Shown here one piece after another: positions 28,554-39,570 of a stretch of 64,000 nucleotides of DNA. The stretch comes from Candidatus Poribacteria bacterium (GTDB taxonomy: Bacteria > Poribacteria > WGA-4E > WGA-3G). Both the position numbers and the translations under genes were made by a program. The notes beneath the pieces are model-generated. The model searched no databases. It saw only the letters and a list, made by a program, of their open reading frames with translations, and had not been told where the DNA came from. Position 1 is the first letter of the stretch; every line of letters starts with the position of its first letter. The DNA lies in NCBI GenBank assembly GCA_022822085.1, contig JAJECK010000096.1, positions 21,934 to 85,933 of the forward strand. Reading direction: 5' to 3'.

Positions 28554-29924
28554 ATGGCAGTTGAACTGAGAATGCTCCAAATGGATCAGACAATGACAAA
28601 GGGTAAAATCGGGAAATGGCTTGTTCAGGAAGGGGATACCGTGACTGAGGGACAACCTTTGTTAGAAATCGAAACGGATAAAGTGGTGCATGAACAAGAA
28701 TCGCCCGCAGACGGTATTATTGCACAAATACTGCCAGAAGAGGGAACTGATGTCCCTGTCAACGCCTTGTTAGCCATAATTGCTGCACCGGGTGAAGAGG
28801 TAGAGCGCGTTGAGGCAGGGACAATGGATATACCACAGCAGTTAGAGGAATCAAAGCAGTCTACTACAAAACCTTCAACACCATCAAAAACGCAACCAAA
28901 ACCTACTCCCGTATCGTCAGCTATAAAAGCATCTCCTGCTGCAAAAGAACTTGCTGATAAACTCTCCATTGACTTAACACAAGTCAAGGCATCGGGTCCT
29001 GGGGGACGCGTTCTTGAAAGCGATGTCCATCGTTATGTTGAAACGAGAGAACCCACCCCAACTGAATCCACAAGATTGAAAGCCTCGCCACTTGCGCGCC
29101 GATTAGCGAAGGAATTTGGTCTTGATTTGACATCCATTGCAGGTTCCGGTCCTGACGGTAGAATTGTCCGGGATGACGTAATGCAGTCAGTTGATGAAAT
29201 ACCTGCGCATGTATTCCGTTCTGAATCTGAGCCAGTTGCGTCAGAAGTCATTGAACTCAGTGGCATACGGAAAATCATCGCTGAACGAATGACAATGAGC
29301 CTTCAAACCAATGCAAGTGTGACACTTCATACCGAGGTTGATGGGACAACTCTTGTGAAATTACGTAATCAATTCAACGAAGCACTACAGAAAATAGAGA
29401 AAACCCTTACCTACACAGATCTACTTGTGAAGATAGTTGCTATAGCCTTGTGTGAACATACACGTCTCAATGCGACACTTACAGATGAAGGTATTCAGTT
29501 ATTAACGGATATAAACATCGGGGTTGCTGTTGCGTTGGAAGATGGACTGGTCGTCCCTGTTGTTCGCAATGCGGATAAGATAGGTTTGTCAGATATCTCA
29601 GAACAGATAAAAATGTTAGCAGAAAAAGCACGGGACAACCAACTCACTCCCGGTGAACTACAAGGAGGAACTTTTACAATTACGAATCTTGGAAACTATG
29701 GCATTGATGCGTTTACGCCTATTATAAATCCTCCAGAGACCGGCATCCTCGGTGTAGGAAGGATCATAAAGAAACCGGTTGTCCACAACGATGAAATCGT
29801 TATCCGCAACATGCTTTCCTTAAGTCTAACATTTGATCACCGTGTTGTAGATGGTGCCCCTGCTGCCCAATTCCTACAAACCGTGTCACAATATATTCAG
29901 AACCCATATTTAATGCTTTTATAA
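28554..29924 (+). CDS. 2-oxoacid dehydrogenase E2 (dihydrolipoamide acyltransferase)
   Basis: Lipoyl domain IETDKV, two E3-binding domains (ASP.A..LA...GSGP.GR), catalytic FDHRVVDGA. Confidence 0.95.
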   Translation: MAVELRMLQMDQTMTKGKIGKWLVQEGDTVTEGQPLLEIETDKVVHEQESPADGIIAQILPEEGTDVPVNALLAIIAAPGEEVERVEAGTMDIPQQLEESKQSTTKPSTPSKTQPKPTPVSSAIKASPAAKELADKLSIDLTQVKASGPGGRVLESDVHRYVETREPTPTESTRLKASPLARRLAKEFGLDLTSIAGSGPDGRIVRDDVMQSVDEIPAHVFRSESEPVASEVIELSGIRKIIAERMTMSLQTNASVTLHTEVDGTTLVKLRNQFNEALQKIEKTLTYTDLLVKIVAIALCEHTRLNATLTDEGIQLLTDINIGVAVALEDGLVVPVVRNADKIGLSDISEQIKMLAEKARDNQLTPGELQGGTFTITNLGNYGIDAFTPIINPPETGILGVGRIIKKPVVHNDEIVIRNMLSLSLTFDHRVVDGAPAAQFLQTVSQYIQNPYLMLL

Positions 29925-29935
29925 GGACAATTTGA

Positions 29936-30562
29936 ATGAAACAATTTCTCTATCTACTTCTTATTATATGCCTATTATCAGACGTGTCTGCACAAGAAGT
30001 TGATTTTGACAGTAGACTTGCATCAGACGTTAACGCTGATGGTGTAATAAACATCCTTGATTTGACTTTCGTTGCAGGACATTTTGATGAAATGCCAGAT
30101 GATGATCTATCACCCAATCCAGATATAAACGGTGACGGAATAGTCAACATTCTTGACCTTACACTGATCGCCAGTCATTTCGGGAAGTATTCTGGGATAC
30201 CGCTCATTTTGTCTGATAAGACTTTTAAAAAAGAGATTAGCAATGCAAAACTTCCAGTCTTAGTTGATTTTAAATCCGATACCTGAATTTACTGTATCTT
30301 GATGAAACCGGTGGTTTCTGGAATTGCATTAGAATATCGTGATGTTTTCGCAGTGGCAAAATTAGATGTGAACGAAAATTCTGTAATAACAGCAGAATAC
30401 GGTATCCGTGGAACACCGACATACATCCTATTCTATAAAGGCAAAGTAGTTACCACAATGCTCGGTGCAATGCCGAAAGATAGATTGGTAGAACGAATTC
30501 TTGCTGGATTAATGTCGGTGGTAGAACCACCACTCACACAGGAGCAAACCGACAGCGAATAA
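29936..30562 (+). CDS. Secreted dockerin-domain thioredoxin selenoprotein (Sec at TGA 30284-30286, UxxC)
   Basis: Two in-frame ORFs joined by TGA: LVDFKSDT-U-IYC-ILMKPVV sits at the thioredoxin WCGPC site; YGIRGTPT cis-Pro; SECIS-like hairpin GAAACC-GGT-GGTTTC at 30304-30318. Confidence 0.85.
30304..30318 (+). promoter_or_regulatory. Putative bacterial SECIS apical stem-loop
   Basis: 6-bp stem with a G-starting loop 24 nt after the in-frame UGA. Confidence 0.65.
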
Positions 30563-32392
30563 AACTGACCAATGCCATACCTCTTGCTTGAATGATTGAA
30601 GTTGTCCCTCAGATTCGTTTCCCGCATCCGGGTCCTTTGATTCTGTTGTAGTAGGTGTCAGTGCAGATTCGTCAGCATCAACTAAGTTGACTGCAAACCT
30701 GTCAAAGACTGTATCTCCAACGAAAACAGTATAAACTCCGATTTGATCAGTTTCCGATAAAATATCATCTGCCAATTTAACTAAGGTGTTATCTGGTTTT
30801 TTCACTTGGACAATAGGTTCATCATTATGTTGAATATCAATTTTCAACAACTCACCTGTTCGGAAAAGTTGGTTAGAGGAATTGGTCTGTTCTGTAAGTG
30901 GTTTAATCGGATAGGTATTTGACTCAAACCATTGTAAGCACTGATATATCAATAGCGGTGTATCTGGAATGGTAGTAGCAAACGGAGATACCTCAGGATT
31001 AAATGCATCAAATTCCAGAACCAAAATACGTCTCCCTGATTCCGTACCAAGCCAAATTAGTGTCCCCTTCTCCGTTTCTAAGAGTGAAGTTCCCCAGATA
31101 GGGAGTTCCCTTTTAGCAGATTCTTTGACACCCATCCCAATCAGAGACACGTCTTGCATGAGCGGATGCGTCTTGTTCTCACTGATAACATTGACTGGAC
31201 TGCTGACCATTTCAACGGGAGCATCCGCCAAACTCAATAGTTCAGAGTGCCAGTCTATAAAGATATAGTTATTTACCTGATGCAGCAAACTATGTTCTAA
31301 AGGTATAGCTCCATCAATAATAATGACATCAGCATCACCAGAAGCGTGAAACTCATCTGTAGTTACCCTTTGTAGTTGAACGTTGTCGGCATAATTTCGC
31401 AGAAGATTAATCAGAAATGGTTGCTCTCTATCACTAACAAGAAGGAAATTGAACTGCTTTTTGACATTCAAGATTGCCCACGTTTTATTGTCCAATTCAA
31501 AGTCGTCATCCACATCCACTAAATGCAGACCGATAACCTCACCATCTAACCTATTGGCATTGACTGAAAAGTGGACAGATTTCACATCTCCAGAGGGAAT
31601 AGAAACAGTTTTTTCATCAATAGACCTACCACCTCCTAATTCCAATCGAGCGTCTATAACTCTTGTCGTGTCTGTCCAATTCTGAATGCTGGCAAGCACA
31701 TTGTATTGTTCTGAAATCTTCTCTACATTGAAACTGACTATGCCAATATTATCTGTATTGCTACCTACAATAATTTTGGTAATGGGCACAGATATATCGG
31801 GTATATTATCAAACGAATCGCTAATGAACACGATCTTATCTTGAGGAGAATCCACATAACGAACCGCATGATCAAAGACAGATGTGGACCTGCTACCAAT
31901 ATCTGTTGCTTTTATGTTTTCCACCGCCTGAATCAGTTTATCTTGATCTGTCGTCCAAGTTTGTTCAATATATGGTTTGGGAGAATGTGTTGTCATTATC
32001 ATCATTCCACCACTGACGGATACCAGTTTTATCTGTTTCTTGGCTTCCTGTTTAGCAAGTGTCAATCGAGTCTTCCCTGTTTCTTTTGATTGCATGCTTG
32101 CTGAATTGTCAATAATATATATGATTTTTCCATCAATGATACCGGGGACACGCAACGCAGGACGCGCCACACTGACAACTATTAGGAGTAGAAAAATAGT
32201 TTGGAGTAAAGGAAGTAGTAGATTACGGAGGCGTTGAAATGGCACATTTGCTTTCTGATCTTCAGCACTCTCACGCCAAAGCATGATGCTGGACACAACA
32301 AAACGTTGACGACGTAGTTTCAGAAAATGCAGTGCGATCACAATAGGAATAGCACATAACAGATAGAACGCAGCTGGATTCAAAAATGCCAT
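30509..32392 (-). CDS. BatA/vWA domain membrane-anchored protein
   Basis: MAFLNP...IPIVIALHFLK BatA N-terminus, ARP, IDNSASM MIDAS motif, C-terminal TM ending CEWWFYHR. Confidence 0.88.
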   Translation of the reverse strand: MAFLNPAAFYLLCAIPIVIALHFLKLRRQRFVVSSIMLWRESAEDQKANVPFQRLRNLLLPLLQTIFLLLIVVSVARPALRVPGIIDGKIIYIIDNSASMQSKETGKTRLTLAKQEAKKQIKLVSVSGGMMIMTTHSPKPYIEQTWTTDQDKLIQAVENIKATDIGSRSTSVFDHAVRYVDSPQDKIVFISDSFDNIPDISVPITKIIVGSNTDNIGIVSFNVEKISEQYNVLASIQNWTDTTRVIDARLELGGGRSIDEKTVSIPSGDVKSVHFSVNANRLDGEVIGLHLVDVDDDFELDNKTWAILNVKKQFNFLLVSDREQPFLINLLRNYADNVQLQRVTTDEFHASGDADVIIIDGAIPLEHSLLHQVNNYIFIDWHSELLSLADAPVEMVSSPVNVISENKTHPLMQDVSLIGMGVKESAKRELPIWGTSLLETEKGTLIWLGTESGRRILVLEFDAFNPEVSPFATTIPDTPLLIYQCLQWFESNTYPIKPLTEQTNSSNQLFRTGELLKIDIQHNDEPIVQVKKPDNTLVKLADDILSETDQIGVYTVFVGDTVFDRFAVNLVDADESALTPTTTESKDPDAGNESEGQLQSFKQEVWHWSVLFAVGLLLCEWWFYHRH

Positions 32393-32550
32393 TTTTCAAC
32401 ATTAGCAATGGAGTGGTTTGGAACATAACTTATTCTACTTTACGATAATGTCCCAAGGTTATATTCGGTCTTACCTGTATTGCAGATAGAAATAGAGAAC
32501 TCTATATCCGATTCCTCCAGACCAGTGAAAAATGCGGATATAGAGGGACG

Positions 32551-32988
32551 TTATGAGTTGGATTCTTCTATAGGAGGCACTGAAGGAGGTGATGAATCTC
32601 CATTTTCTCTTTCATTGAGAGTCTTTATAACTTCCTCCGCATCTAACTTACCGACTTCACCGTAGTTCTGCAAGAGTTCACATTCTTCACGAACTCTATC
32701 ATATTCTTCAAGTTCCAAATAGATGTTCGCCAAGTTCTTGTGCATCTCACGGAAAACACCGGGCCAATTGCGTTCACCTTCCTTGTCAACAATCTTCGTT
32801 GCATTTTCAATTGCAATACTCACAACATTGTCAAGTTCAGCCTTTTCTGAGGCGGAAAATGGAACGTTCTCCTGTTTCTGTTTCTCATTGTATGCACGCA
32901 ATTTGCCCAATGCTTTATCACATTGGTTGTAAGTTTTTTCGATGCTCAATACCCCTTCGAACATTCTGGAAAAGAATCCAAGTCTCAT
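32551..32988 (-). CDS. Hypothetical protein with a TPR-like helix pair
   Basis: Helical ORF, MHKNLANIYLELEEYDRV; start uncertain (32988-33006). Confidence 0.65.
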   Translation of the reverse strand: MRLGFFSRMFEGVLSIEKTYNQCDKALGKLRAYNEKQKQENVPFSASEKAELDNVVSIAIENATKIVDKEGERNWPGVFREMHKNLANIYLELEEYDRVREECELLQNYGEVGKLDAEEVIKTLNERENGDSSPPSVPPIEESNS

Positions 32989-33027
32989 ATACGTCATTCT
33001 CCACAAGTGAACTAATTTGTAATTCCG

Positions 33028-33807
33028 TTAATAAGTTGATTTCAGTTGTCCCCATGTAACTGCTAATTTATCTTTCGCTTCAACTGCAAGGACACCTTCG
33101 ACACCAAGTTTCATAGAGGCTTTCACCTCTTCTTCTGATAATGCTTTGGAATAGATAACAACTTCATCAATTATCGCATCTTCAATAGGATGGGTATTTG
33201 GACCTTCACCTGCACCAACAAATATTTGTGCCTGTTTCCACTTTGGAAACACGATGTTTTCATCACGTGAACCAATGAATTTCCCATCAATGTATATTTT
33301 GCCATCTTTTCCATTAGCGACTAAAACATAGTGATACCATTTCTTAAATTCAAATGTGAAGTCAGGAAGACTCTTATCTGCATGATGTCCGGCATCCCAA
33401 AACGGTTTATTATTTCCATCCAACATCAGTCGGAACACACAACAGCCAGCATCTATGGTCTCAATTGATATAACTCCACTATGACTTGTACTATTGTTGA
33501 CGTATAACCAGGCTTCCAATGTAACTTCACCATTTTCGCCAATCGGAACAACAAAATCGTTAGCCGGACTTAATTGGACTACACCGCCATTCAAATGGAT
33601 TGCTTTGCCAAATTGTCCATCAACAAGTTTTCCATTTCTGATTAATTCTGCATCGTTCCCATTTCCAGAGTCATCTTTGAAAGTTGTTCCATTAATTTCA
33701 TCAAACGAATAGTAGACTAAAATGTCTTCTTTCTCAACGGAATGTGTGAAACTTACAGCGAAAACTAATAGTGCTGTAAATCCTATTAGTGATATTCTTC
33801 TTATCAT
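33028..33807 (-). CDS. Secreted LamG-like (concanavalin A fold) protein
   Basis: Signal peptide; YYSFDE..KDDSGNGND, GQFGKAI, WYHYVLV..IYIDGK, IDEVVIYSKALS; C-terminal AVEAKDKLAVTWGQLK. Confidence 0.88.
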   Translation of the reverse strand: MIRRISLIGFTALLVFAVSFTHSVEKEDILVYYSFDEINGTTFKDDSGNGNDAELIRNGKLVDGQFGKAIHLNGGVVQLSPANDFVVPIGENGEVTLEAWLYVNNSTSHSGVISIETIDAGCCVFRLMLDGNNKPFWDAGHHADKSLPDFTFEFKKWYHYVLVANGKDGKIYIDGKFIGSRDENIVFPKWKQAQIFVGAGEGPNTHPIEDAIIDEVVIYSKALSEEEVKASMKLGVEGVLAVEAKDKLAVTWGQLKSTY

Positions 33808-33921
33808 TTATTGTATCTCCTTATTTAGTTTAATTGTGCTAATTTAGCATAAAAATTGAACCGTGTCAATATCTAAATTAGATGAACTTCAAACACATAA
33901 TGTTCGGATTTTAAACATTAA

Positions 33922-34386
33922 CAGGACGGACGCATTCCCCTTGATAAGGGGGTTAAAAAGCCGTTATTTCAGTTATTTAACTCCCTAACCCCGTTCTCTT
34001 CCCAATTCCGCTGGCGAGGTTTCCTAACCTCGCCAATTATTGAACCCCGTTTTAACAGGATAACAATTTTAAAAAAAGTCAAGCAGAATAGAAGTGCGTT
34101 GCCCTTGGGTAAAGGCGAGGTTAGGAAGAAATCAACGGTATGAATGCCATTTAGGCATTCCCCGCCTCGCCAGCGGTAGATGATGAACAGCGAGGGCCTT
34201 GGATAAAGGGAGGTTTTCTAACCTCGCCACATTACCGAAATATTTTCTTAATCTTCATACAGTTTGTACTACAGCATAAGAATTAGTCTCGGTTTTCCAA
34301 CCGAACTGATCATAATGTCCAATTAATTCTAAAGTTTACTATAATCTTCATTCAAGGGGACTTTAAGAGAAACTGCGTAGGTCCTG
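33922..34386. mobile_element. Degenerate family-B MITE expanded by nested REP and family-A inner modules
   Basis: Ends CAGGACGGACGC / GCGTAGGTCCTG, flanks ATTAA/ATGAA; contains GGCGAGGTTAGGAA hairpins and TTAATCTTCAT. Confidence 0.7.
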
Positions 34387-34421
34387 ATGAATTAATGATT
34401 GATTCTGTTCTATAATTTGGT

Positions 34422-36734
34422 TCAAATAGCCTTTGGAATAATCGTATACCTTTTTCCTGCTTCTGTGTGAAAATTAACAACGTGCTTTGATTGAGAAAAC
34501 TTAATTTTTTCACCATCACATGTCACGTTAACCTGTTCAGAAGTCCTAAACCAACAATCATTCCCAAGGTTAGACAACAGTTGTGCCTGGGTGAGCTTTC
34601 CATCTTTCCATTCTATATCTACCTCAAACCCACCACGTGCTCGTAGACCATTTACATAACCGGTGTGCCATGCTTGTGGCAGCGCGGGGAGCGGATGCAC
34701 CTGTCCTGTATGACTCTGTAATAACATTTCTGCGATTCCAGCGGTACCACCAAAGTTACCATCAATCTGAAATGGTGGATGTGTATCAAACAAGTTTGTC
34801 AGGGTACACCTGGCAAGTAGAGTCTGTAAATGATTGAATGCTTCTTCTCCATCCTCAAGTCTTGCCAAGAAGTTGACTAACCATGCCCGACTCCATCCTG
34901 TGCCACCGCCACCGTGTGCTAAACGATGTTCCAACGATTTCCTTGCAGCTTCAGCCAACTCAGGAGTCCCATGCAGTGTAATCTGACAACTCGGATGTAG
35001 TCCATACATGTGGGACATGTGTCGATGTCCGGGTTCTGGTTCGTCATAATCGTATATCCATTCTTGTAGTCTTCCCGTTTTTTCACTAATTTGTAGTGGT
35101 GCCAAATGATCAAGTGCTGAAACTAATTCTTCTCGGAAGTCAGCATCTTCACTGAGTACATCTATACAAGCGATACAGTTTGTAAAGAGTTCATGAATAA
35201 TCTCCAAATCAATCGTTGCTGCGTAGGTGAAAAGGGAACGTGTTCCGTCTGGTTTCAGGAAACTGTTTTCGGGAGAGTGAGACGGATTCGTAACCAATTT
35301 CCCAGCAATCGGTGTTCCTTCTGGTGCCTCAATTAGGAAATCAAGCATAAAACGGGCAGCCCCTTTCATCAAAGGATATGCCTGTTTTTTCAGGAACTCT
35401 ACATCACCACCGAAAAGATAGTGTTCCCACACATGCTCACACAACCATGCAGAACCTATAGGAGAGATACCCCAGATACCATCAGCAGGCGTAGTGAAAC
35501 CCCAAACATCGGTGAGATGATGTACGACCCACCCCTCAGCACCGTAATGCTGTTTTGCTGTCTGGTTACCCGGTTCAACGAGTGTGTCCATGAAATCAAA
35601 TAATGGTTTATGACACTCTGCCAGGTTGCAAACTTCCGGGACCCAATAGTTCATTTGAAGATTGATGTTCGTATGAAAGTCACTGTTCCACGGTGCCTGC
35701 ATGTGTTCGTTCCAAATACCTTGCAGATTGGCTGGGAGACATCCTGGACGTGAACTTCCCATCAACAGATACCTTCCATATTGGAAATATAGAGCGACCA
35801 ACCCTGGATCAGATGCCCCCTCTTTGACAGCAGCCAAACGTTCATCTGTTGGTAGATTGTCAGCATCGGATGTGCCGAGGTTTAGATCTACACGTCGAAA
35901 TAACGATTGATGATCTGCAATATGGTCTGATAGAATTGCTTCGTAAGATTTGTTCTCTACACCAGTAAGATAACTCTCACACAATTCATGCGGGTCACCA
36001 CTTGCATCATTCTGGTTGATATAACTTGTAGCACCAGCAAGCAGTAAAGTTACATCATTGGCATTGCTAACAGTGATCCGATCACCATTTGATTTAACAT
36101 CACCTCCGTCTGTTTGTATCTTTAGATATGCAGAAAACCGCATACCATCATCACCGCACTGTCCACTGAGTCTCAGCAGATTGTCAGAGATAGCTTCAAC
36201 GGTAGCATCCTGTTCACGTGTCATAGTCGCATCAAAAGCTATATTTTCTGATGTATCACATGTCAAACGGAGGACGATGAGATTGTCAATTGCAGTTGAA
36301 AAGACTTCTCTACTGAAACTGGTATCTCCGATGTTATATGTGGTTTTGGCAATACCAGTGTCCAAATCAAGTTCTCTGCGATATTCCGATGCATCAGCAT
36401 CATGAGAAAACTCAAGAATTATATCTCCCAAAGATTGATAGGACTTGATTCGGTGTGGAACACCTAACATCGTTTCACCAGCAAGTTTTGTTGCTTCCTC
36501 GTTTTTGTCTTCAAACAGCAGTTGTTGTACTTTTGGGAGTGCGTCCAACGCTTTTGGGTTATTCGTATCGCGTGGACCACCATCCCAGAGAGTATCTTCA
36601 TTGAGTTGAATTCGTTCACGTTGGACACCACCGAACACCATTGCACCGAGGCGTCCATTTCCGACAGGTAGTGCGTCTGTCCACTGTCCAGCGGGTTTGT
36701 TATACCATAAAATAAGATCGTATGTATCTTTCAT
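34422..36734 (-). CDS. Glycoside hydrolase family 95 (alpha-L-fucosidase-like)
   Basis: [59 protein letters not shown]. Confidence 0.95.
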   Translation of the reverse strand: MKDTYDLILWYNKPAGQWTDALPVGNGRLGAMVFGGVQRERIQLNEDTLWDGGPRDTNNPKALDALPKVQQLLFEDKNEEATKLAGETMLGVPHRIKSYQSLGDIILEFSHDADASEYRRELDLDTGIAKTTYNIGDTSFSREVFSTAIDNLIVLRLTCDTSENIAFDATMTREQDATVEAISDNLLRLSGQCGDDGMRFSAYLKIQTDGGDVKSNGDRITVSNANDVTLLLAGATSYINQNDASGDPHELCESYLTGVENKSYEAILSDHIADHQSLFRRVDLNLGTSDADNLPTDERLAAVKEGASDPGLVALYFQYGRYLLMGSSRPGCLPANLQGIWNEHMQAPWNSDFHTNINLQMNYWVPEVCNLAECHKPLFDFMDTLVEPGNQTAKQHYGAEGWVVHHLTDVWGFTTPADGIWGISPIGSAWLCEHVWEHYLFGGDVEFLKKQAYPLMKGAARFMLDFLIEAPEGTPIAGKLVTNPSHSPENSFLKPDGTRSLFTYAATIDLEIIHELFTNCIACIDVLSEDADFREELVSALDHLAPLQISEKTGRLQEWIYDYDEPEPGHRHMSHMYGLHPSCQITLHGTPELAEAARKSLEHRLAHGGGGTGWSRAWLVNFLARLEDGEEAFNHLQTLLARCTLTNLFDTHPPFQIDGNFGGTAGIAEMLLQSHTGQVHPLPALPQAWHTGYVNGLRARGGFEVDIEWKDGKLTQAQLLSNLGNDCWFRTSEQVNVTCDGEKIKFSQSKHVVNFHTEAGKRYTIIPKAI

Positions 36735-36805
36735 ATTTCCTCTCTCTTATAGAAGTTAGGTTATTACAATCAGATCCGCACGTAAAAAGGGACTAAGGTA
36801 TTAAC

Positions 36806-38098
36806 TTAGCATTCCCAAATACATCGGAATCCAATGTTAGCGATGAATTTAGTATGATATGATGAAGGTAGGACTATGGTGTATTTCGGATTACTAACCT
36901 GATATGCGTCAATGTGTACAGGTTCTGATGAAATAAGCTGTGTACCGCCTCGCAGTATACGATCAGATGTAACGTTCAAGTAATCTGATATAAGAACATC
37001 TAAATCCTCATCATACAAATTAAGACACCACTCCCACACATTACCAACCATGTCATGCAGACCGTAGTTGTTCTCAAGAAATTTTCCAACAGGATATATT
37101 TGGCCAACATCCTTATCACATTCAGCGTAGGTAGAATCCAATACATCTCCCCATGGATATCTTTGTGCTGAAACACCTCCGCGTGCTGCCTTCTCCCACT
37201 CCGCTTGTGTCGGTAAACGTTTTCCTACCCATTCCGCATAAGCCATCGCAGCATACCAACTCACATGCGTTACTGGATGGTTATCTTTCCCGGTAGGAAA
37301 GTCGTTCTCAACCCAATCATTCAGATAGTTCCCTCCGTGATATTTATTAAGTATAGAAGGCGTTCTCTGTTTGGTTCTACTGTTTGTGTCTGGTATTGAT
37401 GGTTTGCGCCATTGTGGATTTTCCTCAATAAATCTCATATATTGGGCATTTGTTACAGGATACTTATCAATACAAAATGCGTCAACATAGACTATATGTT
37501 CAGGTTTTTCACGCTCAGCTGCTTCCACATGGTTACTTCCCATTTGAAACTCACCTGCTGGGATGAGGACCATATTATCTGGAATAGAAGTGCTTAGAGC
37601 TGTTGGATCGTGCTCAGGAATGTCATCCTGTTCTGGTATAGAAAGCACTTCTTCCCAGATAGGAGTACCAGTTTCCCATTTTCCATTCTGTATCGTAGAA
37701 ATGTGTTCAAGCCGTCTATGGTTATTCAGAAGTGTATCGCGTGCTTGGTTTAAAACAGTTCGCCATTGTTCCTGTGTCCTGCCATCTGGTCGAGGGAGTC
37801 CTCCTGCTTGTAATGATTTTCCATAAAGGTCTTTATGTGCAGCTTCAATGGATTTTGCAACCGTACTCTCATCTTGATTCTGTAGTTCTACGAGGGAGAG
37901 TCCCAGGACTTGAAAGTAGTTAATGATTTGCCCGACAATCAGTCCGGATGTTTTCAGAATTTCATCCGCTTCGTCAAATGAGAGACCGTATTGATGTACC
38001 GCTTGCTGGAGAAGTCCAATACGTTGATCTTCTGTTATTGATGCAGATGCTGCCTTGAATATATTAATGGCTGCGATATACTCTTCACGTTTAGACAT
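36806..38098 (-). CDS. J-domain-like + FGE-sulfatase (SUMF1/CLec fold) protein, paralogue 1
   Basis: NYFQVLGLS...LNQARDTL; MVLIPAGEFQMGS, HPVTHVSWYAA, RLPTQAEWEKAARGG, DMVGNVWEW, NIGFRC. Confidence 0.88.
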   Translation of the reverse strand: MSKREEYIAAINIFKAASASITEDQRIGLLQQAVHQYGLSFDEADEILKTSGLIVGQIINYFQVLGLSLVELQNQDESTVAKSIEAAHKDLYGKSLQAGGLPRPDGRTQEQWRTVLNQARDTLLNNHRRLEHISTIQNGKWETGTPIWEEVLSIPEQDDIPEHDPTALSTSIPDNMVLIPAGEFQMGSNHVEAAEREKPEHIVYVDAFCIDKYPVTNAQYMRFIEENPQWRKPSIPDTNSRTKQRTPSILNKYHGGNYLNDWVENDFPTGKDNHPVTHVSWYAAMAYAEWVGKRLPTQAEWEKAARGGVSAQRYPWGDVLDSTYAECDKDVGQIYPVGKFLENNYGLHDMVGNVWEWCLNLYDEDLDVLISDYLNVTSDRILRGGTQLISSEPVHIDAYQVSNPKYTIVLPSSYHTKFIANIGFRCIWEC

Positions 38099-38150
38099 AA
38101 TGTAGTTTACCTAATACACGAGGAAAATTAAGAAATATTGACAGGTATTT

Positions 38151-39527
38151 CTAATTAGATTTAAACCGTGCATCCCAGACACATCGGAATCCGATGTTTG
38201 CCATATACTGTGATAGATATAAAGAACTTGCATAACTGGTAAGAATCGGTTTACCACCCCAACGTGCTGCAGTATAGATCGGTTTAGAAGAGGTATAAAC
38301 AGTACCACCTCGCAGCACGCGAGCAGATGTAACGTTCAAGTAATCTGATATAAGAGTGTTTAAATTCTCATTGGTACTCACACCAGCAATCGGATTGTGT
38401 TTCGGTGAAGATGCATAGTAATCTGCATCGTATAAATCAAGACACCACTCCCAGACGTTTCCAACTATGTCATGCACACCGTAGTTGTTTGCAGGAAATT
38501 TTCCAACAGGATATGTTTTACCAAACCCCTTACCACATTCTGCGTTTGCTGAATCTAACACATCTCCCCATGGATATCTTTGTGCAGACACACCTCCGCG
38601 TGCAGCCTTCTCCCACTCCGCTTCTGTCGGTAATCGTTTTCCTACCCATTCCGCATAAGCCATCGCAGCATACCAACTCACGTGAGTTACTGGATAGTCA
38701 TCCTGATCTGATACAAAAAGGTTGTCTATCCAACCCTTCAGATAGTCCCCACCGTGGTATTTCCTAAGTATAGAGTGCATTATCTGTTTGGTTTTGTTGC
38801 GTGCGCCGCGTTTTGTTGGTTTACGCCAATGTGGGTTAGCATCAATAAACTCTTTATATTGCGCGTTTGTCACAGGATATTTATCAATACAAAATGCATC
38901 AACATGGACTTTATGCACAGGTTTTTCACGGTCAATTGCATTCTCGTTATTATTCCCCATCAGAAACTCACCCGCAGGAATGAGTACCATATCATCTGGA
39001 ATTGAGACGCTTAGAGATGTTGGATCGTGCTCAGGAATGTCATCCTGTTCTGGTATAGAAAGCACTTCTTCCCAGATAGGAGTACCAGTTTCCCATGCAC
39101 CATTCTGTATCGTAGCGATATGGTCGAGACGTTTGTGTAGGACAGTAAGTGTATCACGTGCTTGGTTCAGCAAGTTACGCCACTGTTCCTGTGTCCTGCC
39201 ATCTGCACGCGGTAGGCCACCCGCACGTAACGAAGCACCGTAAAGTCTTTTATGTGCTTGATAAACGAGCGTATTTATTTCAGAATCACTTTGGTTTTGT
39301 ATCTCTTCAATGGACAGTTCTAATACATCAAAAAAGTTTATGTTTTCTCGGACAGCTAATCCTGATGATATGAGAAGTTCCTTCGCTTCATCAATGGAAA
39401 AACCGTGCTGTTGAACTGCCTGCTGTAGTAGTCCTTTCCGCTGTTCATCGGTTATCGTTGATGAAAGTGTTTTGAGGGTGTTGATAACTGTAAGGAATTC
39501 TTCGTGTTTTGTGTTATGTAGGTTCAT
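38151..39527 (-). CDS. J-domain-like + FGE-sulfatase protein, paralogue 2
   Basis: Same architecture; RLPTEAEWEKAARGG, GNVWEWC, NIGFRC. Confidence 0.88.
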   Translation of the reverse strand: MNLHNTKHEEFLTVINTLKTLSSTITDEQRKGLLQQAVQQHGFSIDEAKELLISSGLAVRENINFFDVLELSIEEIQNQSDSEINTLVYQAHKRLYGASLRAGGLPRADGRTQEQWRNLLNQARDTLTVLHKRLDHIATIQNGAWETGTPIWEEVLSIPEQDDIPEHDPTSLSVSIPDDMVLIPAGEFLMGNNNENAIDREKPVHKVHVDAFCIDKYPVTNAQYKEFIDANPHWRKPTKRGARNKTKQIMHSILRKYHGGDYLKGWIDNLFVSDQDDYPVTHVSWYAAMAYAEWVGKRLPTEAEWEKAARGGVSAQRYPWGDVLDSANAECGKGFGKTYPVGKFPANNYGVHDIVGNVWEWCLDLYDADYYASSPKHNPIAGVSTNENLNTLISDYLNVTSARVLRGGTVYTSSKPIYTAARWGGKPILTSYASSLYLSQYMANIGFRCVWDARFKSN

Positions 39528-39570
39528 GTTTCTTGATTGCTATTTAAAAACTGCATTTGAGTATTATGAA

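Noticed and set aside
32499-32546. CTCTATATCCG...CGGATATAGAG inverted repeat as a mobile element
   Set aside because: Single copy with no TSD; more likely an mRNA hairpin after the upstream gene.
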